DNA of 63,273 nucleotides, the filler included, from Octopus bimaculoides (lineage: Eukaryota): assembly GCF_001194135.2 (NCBI RefSeq). It is 5 parts of 5 records of this genome, joined end to end, with 100 filler letters (N's around TTAATTAATTAA, not from the genome) between each part and the next. Parts side by side here need not be neighbours in the genome. Positions count along the whole stretch, not along the records: positions 51,003 to 63,273 come from NC_068983.1; 4 more parts are not named here. One strand, given 5' to 3'. The first letter of the stretch is position 1. Each line of letters starts with the position of its first letter. Of this stretch, positions 51,395-63,273 are shown piece after piece. Made by a program: the position numbers and the translations under genes. The notes under the pieces were generated by a model. That model saw only the letters and a program-made list of their open reading frames with translations. It did no database searches and had not been told where the DNA came from.

Positions 51395-51992
51395 GGCAGC
51401 AAGCTGGCAGAATTGCTAGCATGCGAGGCAAAATGCTTAGTGGCATTTTGTCCATCTTCAAATTCTGAGTTCAAATTCCGGCAGGATCGACTTTACCTTT
51501 CATCCATCCAGGATCAATAAAATAAGCAGCAATTGAGTGCTGGGGTTGATGTAATCAACAATCTCACTCCACTAAATTTCGGGCTTTGTGCCTGTAGTAG
51601 AAAGTATTATTATAATTATCATTATTATTATTATTACTATTATTATTATTATTATTACTATTATTATTAAGGTGGTGAGGTGCCAGAATTGTTAACACAC
51701 TGGGCAAAACACTTAGTGGTATTTTGGCCATTGCTATGTTCTGAGATCAAATAAGTACCAGTTGAGTACTGGGGTCAATGTAATCAACTTAAACCCTCCC
51801 CTGAAATTACTGGTCTTGTGCCAAAATTTGAAACCATTTTTGTTATTATGAAGACAGCTATCTGGAAGAATAATTAGCATGCTGGACAAAATGTTTAGCA
51901 GTGTTTCATGTCTTTACATTCTCAGTTTAAATTCCACTGTGGTTAACTTTGCCTTTTATCCTTTTGAAATCAATGTAATAAGTACCAGATTA
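51393..51992 (+). mobile_element. Three head-to-tail SINE family B copies
   Basis: Heads at 51393, 51669 and about 51850 (ggcagaat..tagca..aaatgcttag..gttcaaattcc), separated by (TTA)n-rich tracts. The second copy has an internal deletion. Confidence 0.85.
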
Positions 51993-52046
51993 ACTCCTAC
52001 CCCAGAATTTCAGTCCATTTTCCTATAGCAAAAAAGATTAATATGA

Positions 52047-52413
52047 TTATTACCTCCGCCTTAGTGAAGGCGGAGGTATTGTTTTCAATCGTGCTTGTTT
52101 GTTTGTCTGTGGACAAGATATCTCGAAGAACTACTGGATGGATTCGGATTAAACTATCAGGGATGTTTGGCCTCGTGACTAGCACAAACTTATTAGATTT
52201 TGAGATCGATCTGGTATTGGACAAGGATTCTGGATTACTTTTCTTTGTTTTTTACTTAAGTTTTGAGAGCGGTCAGTTTCATTTTTAGTATTCTCATTTA
52301 TGAGAGCAGTGAAGTTTATTTCAGATATTCTCATTCTAAAAATCATCTGTGGCTAATCGTTGAGAGGACGTTGGTGTTGCCTTGATGGAGGTTTGCACTC
52401 TCTGTGGGTTGTT
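52047..52413 (+). mobile_element. Helentron-associated non-autonomous element (HINE/DINE-1-like architecture)
   Basis: 5' hairpin TACCTCCGCCT-tagtga-AGGCGGAGGTA (52050-52077); gtttgtttgtctgt microsatellite; 3' sub-TIR ccttgatggaggt (52380-52392) followed by a gcactctctgtggg terminal stem-loop remnant; TT context at both ends. Confidence 0.75.
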
Positions 52414-52659
52414 TGGGACTGTTAAGATTGATATGGCTAACATTCTTCTTGAGCATTTTTCCCATTGATGACAAGAATAAAGGCTTAGGCAGAGAGAGAA
52501 AATTTTGAATAGATGAGGAAGGATTGGTTGTTGTGTGTGGAATGAAGGAGAATTCAATACAGGTGATGAACATAAGAAAAGAAAATGAGCAATCCAGGTT
52601 TGGCTGGGTAGATGTGGCATGAGATCATCCAGCTCTGAAAATAAGCTGCCACTTTAGCA

Positions 52660-52995
52660 GTAACTACAGTAACAGTGGTGATGGTGTTGGTGAGAGTAGA
52701 GTGGTAGAGGTGATGGCAGTGGTAGTGGCAGCAGTGGCAGTGGTAGTTGCAGCAGCATTGGTTGCAGTGATAGTAGCAGCAGTAGCATTGACAGCAGTGG
52801 CAGTGGTTGTGCCAGGAGCAGCAATGGTGGTAACAAGGGCGACAACAATAGTGGCAGCAATGGTGGCAGTAAAAGTGGCAGCAATGATAGCAACAGCAGC
52901 AGCAGAGACAACAAAGGTAGTGGCAGCAGCAAAAAGGCAGTAAAGGCAGCAGCAATGACAGCAACAACATTAGTGGTGGTGATGGTGGTGGTTAT
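52660..52995. repeat. Degenerate (GCA/GTG/GTA)n tract
   Basis: Directly visible. Confidence 0.85.
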
Positions 52996-54204
52996 AGTAG
53001 TGCCAGGAGAAAAAACAGTGAGAAAAGAGAAGCAACTTATTTTTGAATACAACATTAGGCTGTATTAGTAATATACTTTCATGTCAATCACTTGAGTGAT
53101 CCTCCTTTACATGCTGTCGATGATGTCTGTGTGTCTGATAGGAGCACCATTCCAGATGTGGAAATGGTATGGCATTGCATGTGTGAAGTTGATTACCTGA
53201 GGTTTCTAGACAGTTATTAGTTATTGGGAAATAAAGTATTTTTTGATCTAGAAAAGAAGGCCAGTCTTTGAGATGAAGTTTTGGCTATATCGTCAATGTA
53301 TGCTGATGTTTCTGTTACAAGCATTTAGCTTCAGCCATCAAAGGAACCTTTAAATTGTTACTTGACCTGTAAGAAATATCAACCAAATATCCCTCAAATT
53401 ACATTCTCCTTTCTTATATAAATACAAGACAAGACACATTAAGAAAATGTTTTTCTACATAAGCCTAAAAAGATGGAATGTCTTTACAACAGGAATGTCT
53501 TTGCTCAGTTATAGAATTATTACCATCGTTGTTGATATAACTACTATTGAATAACACAAAGCAGCTGTGTTAGTATATTACTGACTCAGTGAAGGACATG
53601 TGTTTGATTAATTTCATATGTCCCAGTAAGTAGAAAATCTGACATACTGGAACTGATCCTTCATCTTATACAGAGAACAAAATTTACAAACTGAAGGTTT
53701 AGGTAACACTGAAATTATATAAATTAGGAGGGATAGTTAAAAGGCAATGGGTAAACTTTACAAAGTGGTTGTAGAGAGGATATTAAACAAATGAATATTA
53801 TCCACTGCATAACAGGCAAATTTTGCAATGCATTGTACATGAGATGAAAAGAGATACTGAGCATCTTCATAGTATGTTTCACTGCATATGAGTAAGACCT
53901 GTAGACCACACTTTTCACTCCACTGGTGACTCTATTGACCACCTTTCAGTGTCTAGATTTTTCAAAAACCACAGTCTCACACATTATTGCAGACATAAAG
54001 AGAAGCAGCTTAACTTCAAATTAAACACTGATTCACTCATGGGTGTTAATGAATGCTCTCTTCCTTTGTAATTTTTTTCATTTCTCATTATTTATTTATG
54101 AATTTATTGTACAAATGATATGAAATCTACAATATAATGCTGGTTATAATTTCATATCTATTGAATGATGAATGAATTAGCAATTAATAAGAGTCAAATA
54201 CAAA

Positions 54205-54605
54205 TATGTATTCATCAGAAATACTATCTTAACCATCTTGATTTTCAGTTAATTTGACTAATTGTCATTTAATCCTGTATTCTAAGTTTGTAACCAACTA
54301 ATATATGTTGAGCAGAAATATAGATGGAAGAGAAATTTGGTTGCTAAATTAATTACTTAATTAATTTAACATAAAATTGATTTCACTTCTCCCAACTAGT
54401 TGCATCATTTATCAGCTTTGTACAAGTAATTATAGTAATTATTCATCTTCAATATAGTTATTTCGTCTCTGGATACTAAAGAGACTCATCATACAATAAT
54501 ATATGTAATTTCTTTTATAATACTAGCACATATTTGAATATTTATCTGATGAAAGAAAATAATGTAATGGCAATAGCCATCTTTCAAATTTTTATTAAAA
54601 TTTCA
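54205..54605 (+). repeat. Unclassified repeat, copy 1 (direct repeat of 59240-59635)
   Basis: Shared blocks: tgagcagaaat, ttgctaaatt, cataaaattgattt, tttgtacaagtaattata, gtctctgga, taaagagactcatcatac. Confidence 0.8.
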
Positions 54606-54609
54606 AAAT

Positions 54610-54835
54610 GCAGAGAGCTTGCAGAATTATTAGCATGCTGTATAAAATATATTTAGTGGCATTTCTTTGGCTATTTACATTCTAAACTCAAATTCTACTA
54701 CAGCCGACTTTGCCTTTCATCCTTTTGGAGTTGATAAAATAACTGCCACCTGTTGAGCACTGGGGTTGACACAATCAACTAACACCCTCATCTTAAAATT
54801 ACTAGACAAAATTTTCCAAAATTTGAAACTATTAT
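54610..54835 (+). mobile_element. SINE family B, diverged
   Basis: gcagaattattagcatgc..ctcaaattc..gactttgcctttcatcc..gagcactggggttga..ccaaaatttgaaac. Confidence 0.8.
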
Positions 54836-55198
54836 AATTTCAAAAGTACATAATGATGATGAAATAGATCACTACTATATGGATAGCTACTGTGCATCTA
54901 TACTTGAAACAGCTGTAAGAGACTATCTATGAATTCTTACTTTGTTCTCTTTTATGATCTATACTCCTGTTGTAACAATTCAACCCTCATGTTTAGATAT
55001 ATAATTGTCATAATCAAACTTGACACCAGTTGTTTGCTTGTTTACACTTTTATTCTATTATATATATACCTGCTCAATTGATAAACCACCTATAGTCAAT
55101 TGTCATTAGGAGCCATAACATACCTGCTTTTAGTTGCAATTCAAGCCACCCTGAGAACTAAATGTATGTACAGATTACTTTATATTATCAGATGTGAT

Positions 55199-55415
55199 AT
55201 TGGTTTCAAATTTTGGTGAAAGGCCCAGAATTATGGGAGAGAGGGAGTAAGTGGACTACATCCACCCACTGGTCAAGTAGAGTTAATTTTATCGACTACA
55301 TAAGGATTAAAGGCAAAGCCATCCCTGGCATAATTTGAACTCAGCTCATGAAGACAGATGAAATACTGCTAAGCATTTTGCCCAGTGTGCTAATGATTCT
55401 GCCAGCTCACCAGCT
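55199..55415 (-). mobile_element. SINE family B, diverged
   Basis: ggtttcaaattttgg..ttttatcgac..aaaggcaaag..tttgaactcag..aaatactgctaagcattttgccc..gattctgccagctcacc. Confidence 0.8.
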
Positions 55416-55456
55416 TATCATTGGATGTAATATTCCCTGAATTATATATACATATA

Positions 55457-56988
55457 TACTGAACTACAAAAAAACATCACACTGCAAAAGATTATTTGTT
55501 TTACACACTATATTGAGATTATATGGATTTTATCACAGTTCTAGGTAATTTGACATCAGGAAGATGTCACTGACCCACAACACCACTCTCTTTTGAAAAC
55601 ACAAGAATTGCATGTAGAGTTCGAACTCACTCACCACTCACTTTTCATGAACATGGTAATGCTCGAGAAACACATCTTTATGAAAAGCATGATGAACATG
55701 CAAAATGTTGACTCATTGGGTGTAAAAGGCACCCAAATTTACCAGCCTGTCATTCATTTCCCAAATGCAGCAAACATGTCAAGACTGACATGAAATTAGA
55801 GGAAGCAAGCCATTAGATGTCACCATGCTGGTCAATGTCCATGGGTCATTGCTAATGACTTGAACTGCAGTATATGGACAACTGAGTGGCTGTAGAAATG
55901 ATACAATGTCACAAACAGCACAGATGATTGTCCATGCAGTGGCCGACCGAAGGTTACAACAGCATGTCAAGATTGCCACCTGCACTGACAGCACTTGTAG
56001 GATTGATTCCAGAGGGTAACAGAATCAACTAGACGAACCATAGGGACTCACCACAGACCAATTTGTGTAGAGACAGTTTTCCACCAGCTGAGATCTTCCA
56101 ATCTGTTTTGTCAACATCCGGCTAGGGGTCCCATCCTCACAGATCGTCATCGATGAACACATCTGCATTGGAATCAAAAACATCAGCAGTGGAGGACTGT
56201 AGTCTTTTCTCACAAAAGTTGATATTGCATTTCTGTGGTAGATGGCAAAGCTAGTGTTTAGGTAAGAAGGGGTGAATGTCAAGCCGATAGCTGTGTGGTG
56301 GAGAAAAACTCATGGGAAGAAAAGAGCATCATCGTATGAGGCGGAATTGCACTCAACCAGAAACAGACTGGTGATCTTCCAAAACATCAGCCAAGGCTGG
56401 AGCAATGGAATAATCACTGCTTGCTACATCAAACAAGTGTTGAGGTTTCACATTGTATCATACTTTGCGCGTCATCGAAATTATGTGTTCCAACATGACA
56501 ACGCCCATGCCCATACTGCCAGGCTAACAACAGACTTTCTCCAACAGCACAACATCCAGACACTGCCATGGCCTGCCCTAAGTCTCGACTTGAACCCCAT
56601 AGGGAACCTGTGGGATGAAATCCAAAAACAAGTTAAATGACATCTGTCCAAGGTCGACAACTGTGGCATAACTCACTGCAAGTTTTAACAGAGTGTGGGC
56701 TGCTATCCCCATGGCCTTCAATCGTTTGGTGCATTCAATGTACAGAAGATACCTGGCGGTAATCAATGCTAACGGTGGTCACACAAGATATTGTGTTCAT
56801 CTCTTTGGATCCCAGACACTCTGCCATCACATGACACCATGTGACGTCAAGCATGTTTCAGGAAATGACATTTTATCATTAGGAAAGAACGGTTTCTTAA
56901 TTAGCACTCTTCAGTCAATACTATGGTAGTCTGTTGATAAACCAATATCTGTTTAGTATGTGTGTGACATTTCTTTTGTGGTTCAGTT
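55457..56988 (+). mobile_element. Tc1-like transposon, full length, decayed
   Basis: TIR TACTGAACTACAAAAAAACATCACAC matches the reverse complement of gtgtgacatttcttttgtggttcagtt (ending 56988). Left flank TA, right flank CA. Confidence 0.85.
55776..56793 (+). pseudogene. Tc1-family (DD34E-type) transposase pseudogene
   Basis: MSRLT..SGRPKVTT..FQHDNAHAHTARLT..WPALSLDLNPIGNLWD (catalytic Glu replaced by Gly)..VINANGGHTRY. Many stops and frameshifts. Confidence 0.9.
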
Positions 56989-57029
56989 CATAAATGTTCG
57001 TTTGTGTGTATATGTATGTCAGTGTGTGC

Positions 57030-57094
<65 letters not shown>

Positions 57095-58020
57095 CTCCAA
57101 TATATTTTTTAAAAATTCAATTATTATAATTCTCACTTGAAGTTCTCTGAAATAAATATCTATTCCTAAATGCAAGTTGTTGGAGGTATTAATATTGATT
57201 TTTAAATATAAATGAAACTAAGTTTGTAAATCAATGATTAATAAGATTATTGGCCAGGATTACTGGTGAATTTTATTCATGTCCACCTGGGCACAGGTAT
57301 GATGATATAGGTAAAACGTTTATCATAAAATCACACGACCCTGGATTTGATCTCACTGAACAACAAGTGGCTTCTATCATATTGTCATACTCTTAGATTG
57401 ACTTCAGTCTTGTGTGTAAAATTAGTTTGACAGAAACTGTACTGAAACCCATCAGACTGACCATACTTGTTCATGAATTATTGAATTAATCCATCACCCA
57501 GAGCAATGTTATCACCTGACCCTTGAGTACTTTTAGAAGAGTCCACTTAATTGCAAGTATTCAAATTAGGTCTTTTATCTGAGGAAAAGTCAATGATTTG
57601 ATGTGTTGCTTCCTATTTCAGCAATACATCAATTGTGGCTTCTTCCTTCTGTTTTTTTATCTAACAAATGATTATGTTCACTGGCTGTCCAATGTTCAAA
57701 TTGGTTAACTTTCAATTATTCAGTTTATTTAACTATGAATATATGTCATTCAAGCCTTAGAGTTATTGAAAAGAAATCATCTGTAGTTTGCAGTTGTTTA
57801 TTTAAAAACTTCTTTGCAGTAATCTTTGAAACAAATAACAACATCCTGTGATTTCTGTTGTTGCTGTGGCTGTTTAGCTTCTGATCAACTCTGATTTAAC
57901 TGACCTATAACTAAAGACATTCCACCCATGACCATCACACCTTATCTCTTTTCAGATATAAGTTATTTTGGATTACATCATCAACGTGACCCTTTATTCT
58001 TAAGTTACTACAGAGTAGTA

Positions 58021-58532
58021 TTGCAATGTCATTACCAGTCTGAATATGCTTGATGCACATTCGAACTGGGGAACAAGCTACAAATGGTGTGTATACACCT
58101 AGATCAGCTTGCAGCACCGCCTACCTAGACTGTGAGATGCTAACATTTCAGAGTAGTTATCTATTCATCGGTTACAGACACTAGGCAGATGATGCTACGA
58201 GCTGAATTAAGAGATTACCTCCCTTATGCTTTTTCAGTCACCATACGATGACTGGTATCACTACACAGTGGCTCACTGTAGAGTGACTGGAAAAGCATAA
58301 GAGAGGTACTCTCTTAATTCAGTTCATAGCATTGTCTGCTTAGTGTCTGTGATAACTACCCCGAAATGCTAGCGTCTCACAGTCTAGGTAGGTGGTGCTG
58401 CAAGCTTATCAAGGTGTATACACACCAGCTGCCAACAAGTGAGATATATGCTCCATAACAAAATGCAGTGAGTAGCTTGTTTCCCCAGTTTGAACGTGGA
58501 TCAAGCATTTTCAGACACATAATAACATTGCA
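58021..58532. mobile_element. Foldback / long-TIR MITE
   Basis: 58021-58241 matches the reverse complement of 58283-58532 at roughly 80-85% by eye, with one indel of about 40 bp and one of about 11 bp, around a 41-bp loop. Confidence 0.85.
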
Positions 58533-59239
58533 GTTTTACTTATCACTGCTTAGTGCTCCCTGTCTGTAAATTACAGAGTAGTTTCAGTGTTATTTGATTA
58601 TTATTTCTAGTAAATAGAGGACTCCAGTTGATGTGCTACATAAGATGTTTCCACTATTGTCACCAGAGCAAAATGTTTGAAGCATTTTGTTTTTGCCATA
58701 TGATACCACTCAAACATTTGTTTGACAGCTGTTTCTTGTATCTTCAATATTTTCACTTTAAGGTATAAGCACATGGTTAATATTTCCTTGATAGGAATGT
58801 AAAGCAATTTCTAACATCTAAATGTATTTCCTAAACTAAAATATCTACACAAAACCATAGTATTATTTTGAAAGTCACATTAAACACACTAACACATGTC
58901 TGTGCAAACATAAGCTTCCTTTTCTAAACCTATAAGATATAGGATCCAATAAACTAACCACAACATAATCATTCAATTTACTAGATATAGAAGTCATATC
59001 TTCCTCAACTCACAAGTTTTAAAAGAAGAATGTCATTCTCAATAACATGTACCTCAAGACATTATGTTTGAAAGAAAAGCCAATATGGTCAATGTTGAGA
59101 CATCTTTGATCATAGGTTGGCTTGATCACAGATGATAGGGAAACATACAGTTATATAGAATCAGTTTTTATTTTCTCACCAACAGAATGATAAATGGATT
59201 AGCAATTCCAGAGAATCAAACACAGCTCTGCCACATACT

Positions 59240-59635
59240 GAATATCTCATCAAATATACTATCTGAAACATCATTGCCAACTGTCTTTTAATCCTCTATC
59301 TTGAGTCTGTGGCCAACCAATATAGGATGAGCAGAAATAAAGTTAGAAGAGAGATTTAGTTGCTAAATTGCTAGCTTAATTACTTCATCATAAAATTGAT
59401 TTTATTTCCCTTGGCTATATACATTCTTTATCAGGTTTTGTACAAGTAATTATACATCTTAAATATACTTAAGTCTTATTCTGTCTCTGGACATTAAAGA
59501 GACTCATCATACTAAATATAAATAATATATTGATTATTTTTTTTAAGCATCCACATATTTTGTATTTATTTAATAATTGAAAATGATGTAATGGGCTTAG
59601 TTATCCTTTGAAGTTTGTGTTATAATTTCAACTAC
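59240..59635 (+). repeat. Unclassified repeat, copy 2 (direct repeat of 54205-54605)
   Basis: Same blocks in the same order as copy 1, roughly 70% identical by eye. Confidence 0.8.
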
Positions 59636-60182
59636 ATACATACATACATACATATATATTTATACACATATACACATACATACATATATTTATGTTTATG
59701 CATACATACACACACACATATATATATATACATGTATATCTATCTATCCATATATACACACATATACATATATATATACAATTGAGGCAGTATTTAGAAT
59801 AGCTGTCTATATGTCATACTTAATGCATATGCACTGTCAATATGCCAGAAACTACATCATTTGTCATAAGATATCTCCTATTTTTCTCTCTTCCTGATAT
59901 TTATTGTGTTTTTAACACAATACATATCAGGGTGAGACAAAAATTTGTTTCACCAGTAGCCAGCAAGAGCAAGGGATGCATTTTGGCCTTTTTAGGCCTT
60001 TTCAATGGCATGTAGTTGCAACCTGCCACTGGCGTTCGTTAGGAATTTGTCATCTCTGATGTAGGAAAAGTTTAATAAAACACATAATTATGTTGTGAAT
60101 AGTTTCCCAGTTGATTAAAACCCACTGTACACAACTGAAATAGTATTTCAATAAAATACTTGTTTATGGGTTCATATATATA

Positions 60183-61076
60183 TGAGGAGGTACCCAAAAT
60201 TAACCAAAAATGTTCTCTGTGGGACAAGCCCATTGTAGTTCAGGCTTCCACCTCTAGAACTCACTTGATGCCACCCTCAAGCATCATTGAATGAAATCAA
60301 ACTGTCACTTGGTGTGTGGTTTGTTTTGCAGTGCTTCTTCCCCCATTTGTCAATTTTTGTGATGACTGAAATGAAGGATGAAATGATGGCTTCCATGAAA
60401 TTCTGTTTTCTGTTGGGGAAAATGGCAGCCAAAACAGTTGTCATGCTTCAAACAGCTAACAAGAACGCTGCCATGAGCAAAATACAAGCTTACAAGTAGT
60501 TTTCACGCTTTAGGAATGGTCACTTGTCACTTGAAGACCAACCCCATTCAGGGCATCTGTCAACCTCCCGAATGAATGAAAACATCATGAAAATTCATGA
60601 ACTGATTTTGGGAGAACCATCACTGAACAATTGATGAACTTGTTGATATGATCAATGTGTCCTGGAGCACCTGCCAATGAACTTTGAGCGAGGAACTGTG
60701 AAGGAAAGGAGTTACAGCAAAATTTTCACCTCACTTGCTCACAGAAGATCAAAAGTAATCACAATTGAATGCATGTCTTGAACTGAAAGAAAAGTTGGAA
60801 AATTGATCCAAACTTGTTTTAGAAGGTCATCACTGGTGACAAAAGCTGATGCTATGTAATTTGCAGATATGGCAGAGGTGAAGAAAAAATGATGGAGGTG
60901 TTAAAAGGCATCACTTTGCAAGAGTTCCAGCACTGCTGCAAACAGGGGAAAATGAGTCTAAACCAATGCATTGCTTGAAATGGAGAATACTTTGAAGGTA
61001 ATAAGAGTATAAACTTGTAAATCTAAGTGAATAAAATAATATTGCAAAATTTCAGTTTCTTTTGGGTATCCCCTCG
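60183..61076 (+). mobile_element. Mariner internal-deletion derivative (894 bp)
   Basis: TIRs TGAGGAGGTACCCAAAA and ttttgggtatcccctcg; TA flanks at 60181-60182 and 61077-61078. The ORF remnant from 60362 (MTEMKDE..KFCFLLGK..FSRFRNG..VITGDKS) jumps near 60856 to the C-terminus (FADMAEVKK..NGEYFEG), so most of the catalytic domain is deleted. Confidence 0.9.
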
Positions 61077-61144
61077 TATATGTGTGTGTGTGGGAGGTGC
61101 GTACATGTGTGTGTGTGCGTGTGTGCATATGTGTATTTATATAC

Positions 61145-61180
<36 letters not shown>

Positions 61181-61181
<1 letters not shown>

Positions 61182-61370
61182 TCATTGTCATCAACATCAT
61201 CACTTAACGTCCATGTTCTATGCTGGTATGGGTTGGATGGTTTGATCCAACCCATACCAATGAGCCCAGAAACTGCATCATGCTCCAGTGTCTGCTTTGG
61301 TTTGGTTTCTACAACTGGATACTCTTCCTAATGCCAAACACATTACAGTGTTTTTGTGCCACCAGCACTA
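61181..61370 (-). mobile_element. RTE LINE 3' terminus
   Basis: catcatcacttaacgtccatgttctatgctggtatggg..ctccagtgtctgctttgg..ggtttctacaactgga..cctaatgccaa is the reverse complement of 16272-16422. Confidence 0.85.
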
Positions 61371-62269
61371 CTGATATCCCCATGCCACTCACAAAGTCAA
61401 TAATATTGGGAGCTGTGAATGGGATTAATGTACTATTTTAAAAATATTATCAGAAATAAATTTTGAATTCATGAGTTAAGTGGTGTTTGGTTTAAGACTA
61501 ATGGTTAATGTTGCTCTTTGTTGATGTCAATCTTGATGCAAGTGTGCCTATATAAGAAAATTACTTCACAGTTACAAGTTTCAGAATTTGATCCCAATGT
61601 GCCACACCTTAGGTTAGTGTTTTTTACTATAACTTTGGGCTAACCCAAGGCTTGTGATTGAACCAGTTGGTAGAACCTACAGTGTAGTGGTTTATATTGT
61701 AAATGGTATCAATTTTGCTAATCTGAACTAATTGTCCAGTACTCTATCGACTCAGCAACTGCAATCTCTATTACTTCTGAAGAAAAACTTCTAATTACAA
61801 TGTAACTCCATTAGACATAGAAAGCCTCTTCCTTAGTGTACCTGCTGAAAACATGATTGCAATATATCCAATAATATATATATATATTATATATACATCA
61901 TAAACAGAAACTCCTTTTCCATACCATATGAAATATCTAAGAAATTATTAAAATGTTGTGATTCAAAGGTTTCCTTCCAATATCTTAAATAAGAACACCA
62001 TTCAAATTGACAACATGACTGTGGTAGCTATTTTAGACAGCTTCTTCACTTTCCTATTTGCAATGATAAAGATGACATACTTCTGTACATCGATAATGTC
62101 TTTCCAATAGTGATAAAGTAGAAGATATGCAGCAAAACAAAAAAAAAAATCACTATATAAAAATTTACCTAGAATCTCAGTGTCAATAATAAAATTCCAT
62201 TCCAAGATATAAATAGAGAAAATCCTAATGAAAAGTTAATAATGTTTCTCTCCGCCCCCCCCCCACACA

Positions 62270-62313
<44 letters not shown>

Positions 62314-62431
62314 CTCTCTCTTTCTAATATATATTTATATATGTGTGTGTTTGTGTATACATATATAAGTATATATAGATAGATATATGTGTACCTATAT
62401 ATATATATGAATGTATGCATGTTTATGGATT

Positions 62432-62467
<36 letters not shown>

Positions 62468-62607
62468 AGTGTATATATAATATATACATATATATATACA
62501 TATTATATATGTGTGTGTATGTGTGTGCATAAGTATATTCTTTTACTCATTTCAGCCATACGACTGTGGTCATGCTGGAGCATATATATATATAGATAGA
62601 TATATAT

Positions 62608-62673
<66 letters not shown>

Positions 62674-62684
62674 NNNNNNNNNNN

Positions 62685-62746
<62 letters not shown>

Positions 62747-63227
62747 TGTATGACTGCATGTATGTATACTTAGTCACTCAACAATTCTATATAAATGTCC
62801 ATGCAAATCATGAGTGTTCATATAGGTACAAAATTTCAGTCATAAAAACATTAAATAAAAGTGCTCATAAAAGTTCAGACATCAAATATCTCTTAAAGAT
62901 ACAAACTAACATAATTCAACCAATCCTCATCAACTAGAGATACTTCAAATTATTAGTGAAGAAATTCATAAAACTATCCAATGAAATACTCCATCATAAA
63001 AATACGAATAAAATGATCAAACAAAGGCCAATACAATACATAAAATTTACTATGGCAAACAACAGAATCAAATACATAAATGAAATGAACCAATACTTAT
63101 CAGTAATATTAAACATAGCATTAAATAACCAACAAACTAATAAGATATGGTCTGTGATCTGCATTACCCATAACATGAATATATATATATGTGTGTGTAT
63201 GTGTGTATGTATGTATGTATGTATGTA

Positions 63228-63273
<46 letters not shown>

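Noticed and set aside
59927-59955. Tc1/mariner-like TIR start CAGGGTGAGACAAAA
   Set aside because: I could not find an inverted partner nearby.

Overview
Repeat-dense eukaryotic, almost entirely non-coding DNA with about 4-5 kb of N gaps. The source is probably an octopod cephalopod; this is inferred from the SINE families and the very high (TA)n/(CA)n/(GA)n/trinucleotide load. I found no intact protein-coding gene, and nearly all ORFs in the supplied track are microsatellite or N-gap artefacts. Supported content: about 25 tRNA-derived SINE copies or fragments from at least three families; RTE-LINE 3' fragments, one expanded into a 100-bp tandem array; two decayed Penelope-like retroelements (RT and GIY-YIG motifs); one decayed full-length mariner, one internally deleted mariner and one decayed Tc1, all with TIRs; a Helentron-type non-autonomous element; and several MITE/foldback palindromes. 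Best leads: (1) a hammerhead ribozyme with an intact catalytic core at 28993-29073, downstream of a Penelope ORF, plus three decayed hammerhead-bearing repeats; (2) a decayed minisatellite at 14.7-17.2 kb built on the palindrome GGTCAnnnTGACC (the estrogen-response-element core), with six perfect copies; (3) a close match to the recursive-splice motif (polypyrimidine tract, AG|GTAAGT) at 51011-51034 and three plus-strand micro-exon candidates, suggesting the window lies in very long introns; (4) many long inverted repeats able to form dsRNA. All alignments and translations were done by eye, so boundaries are approximate.
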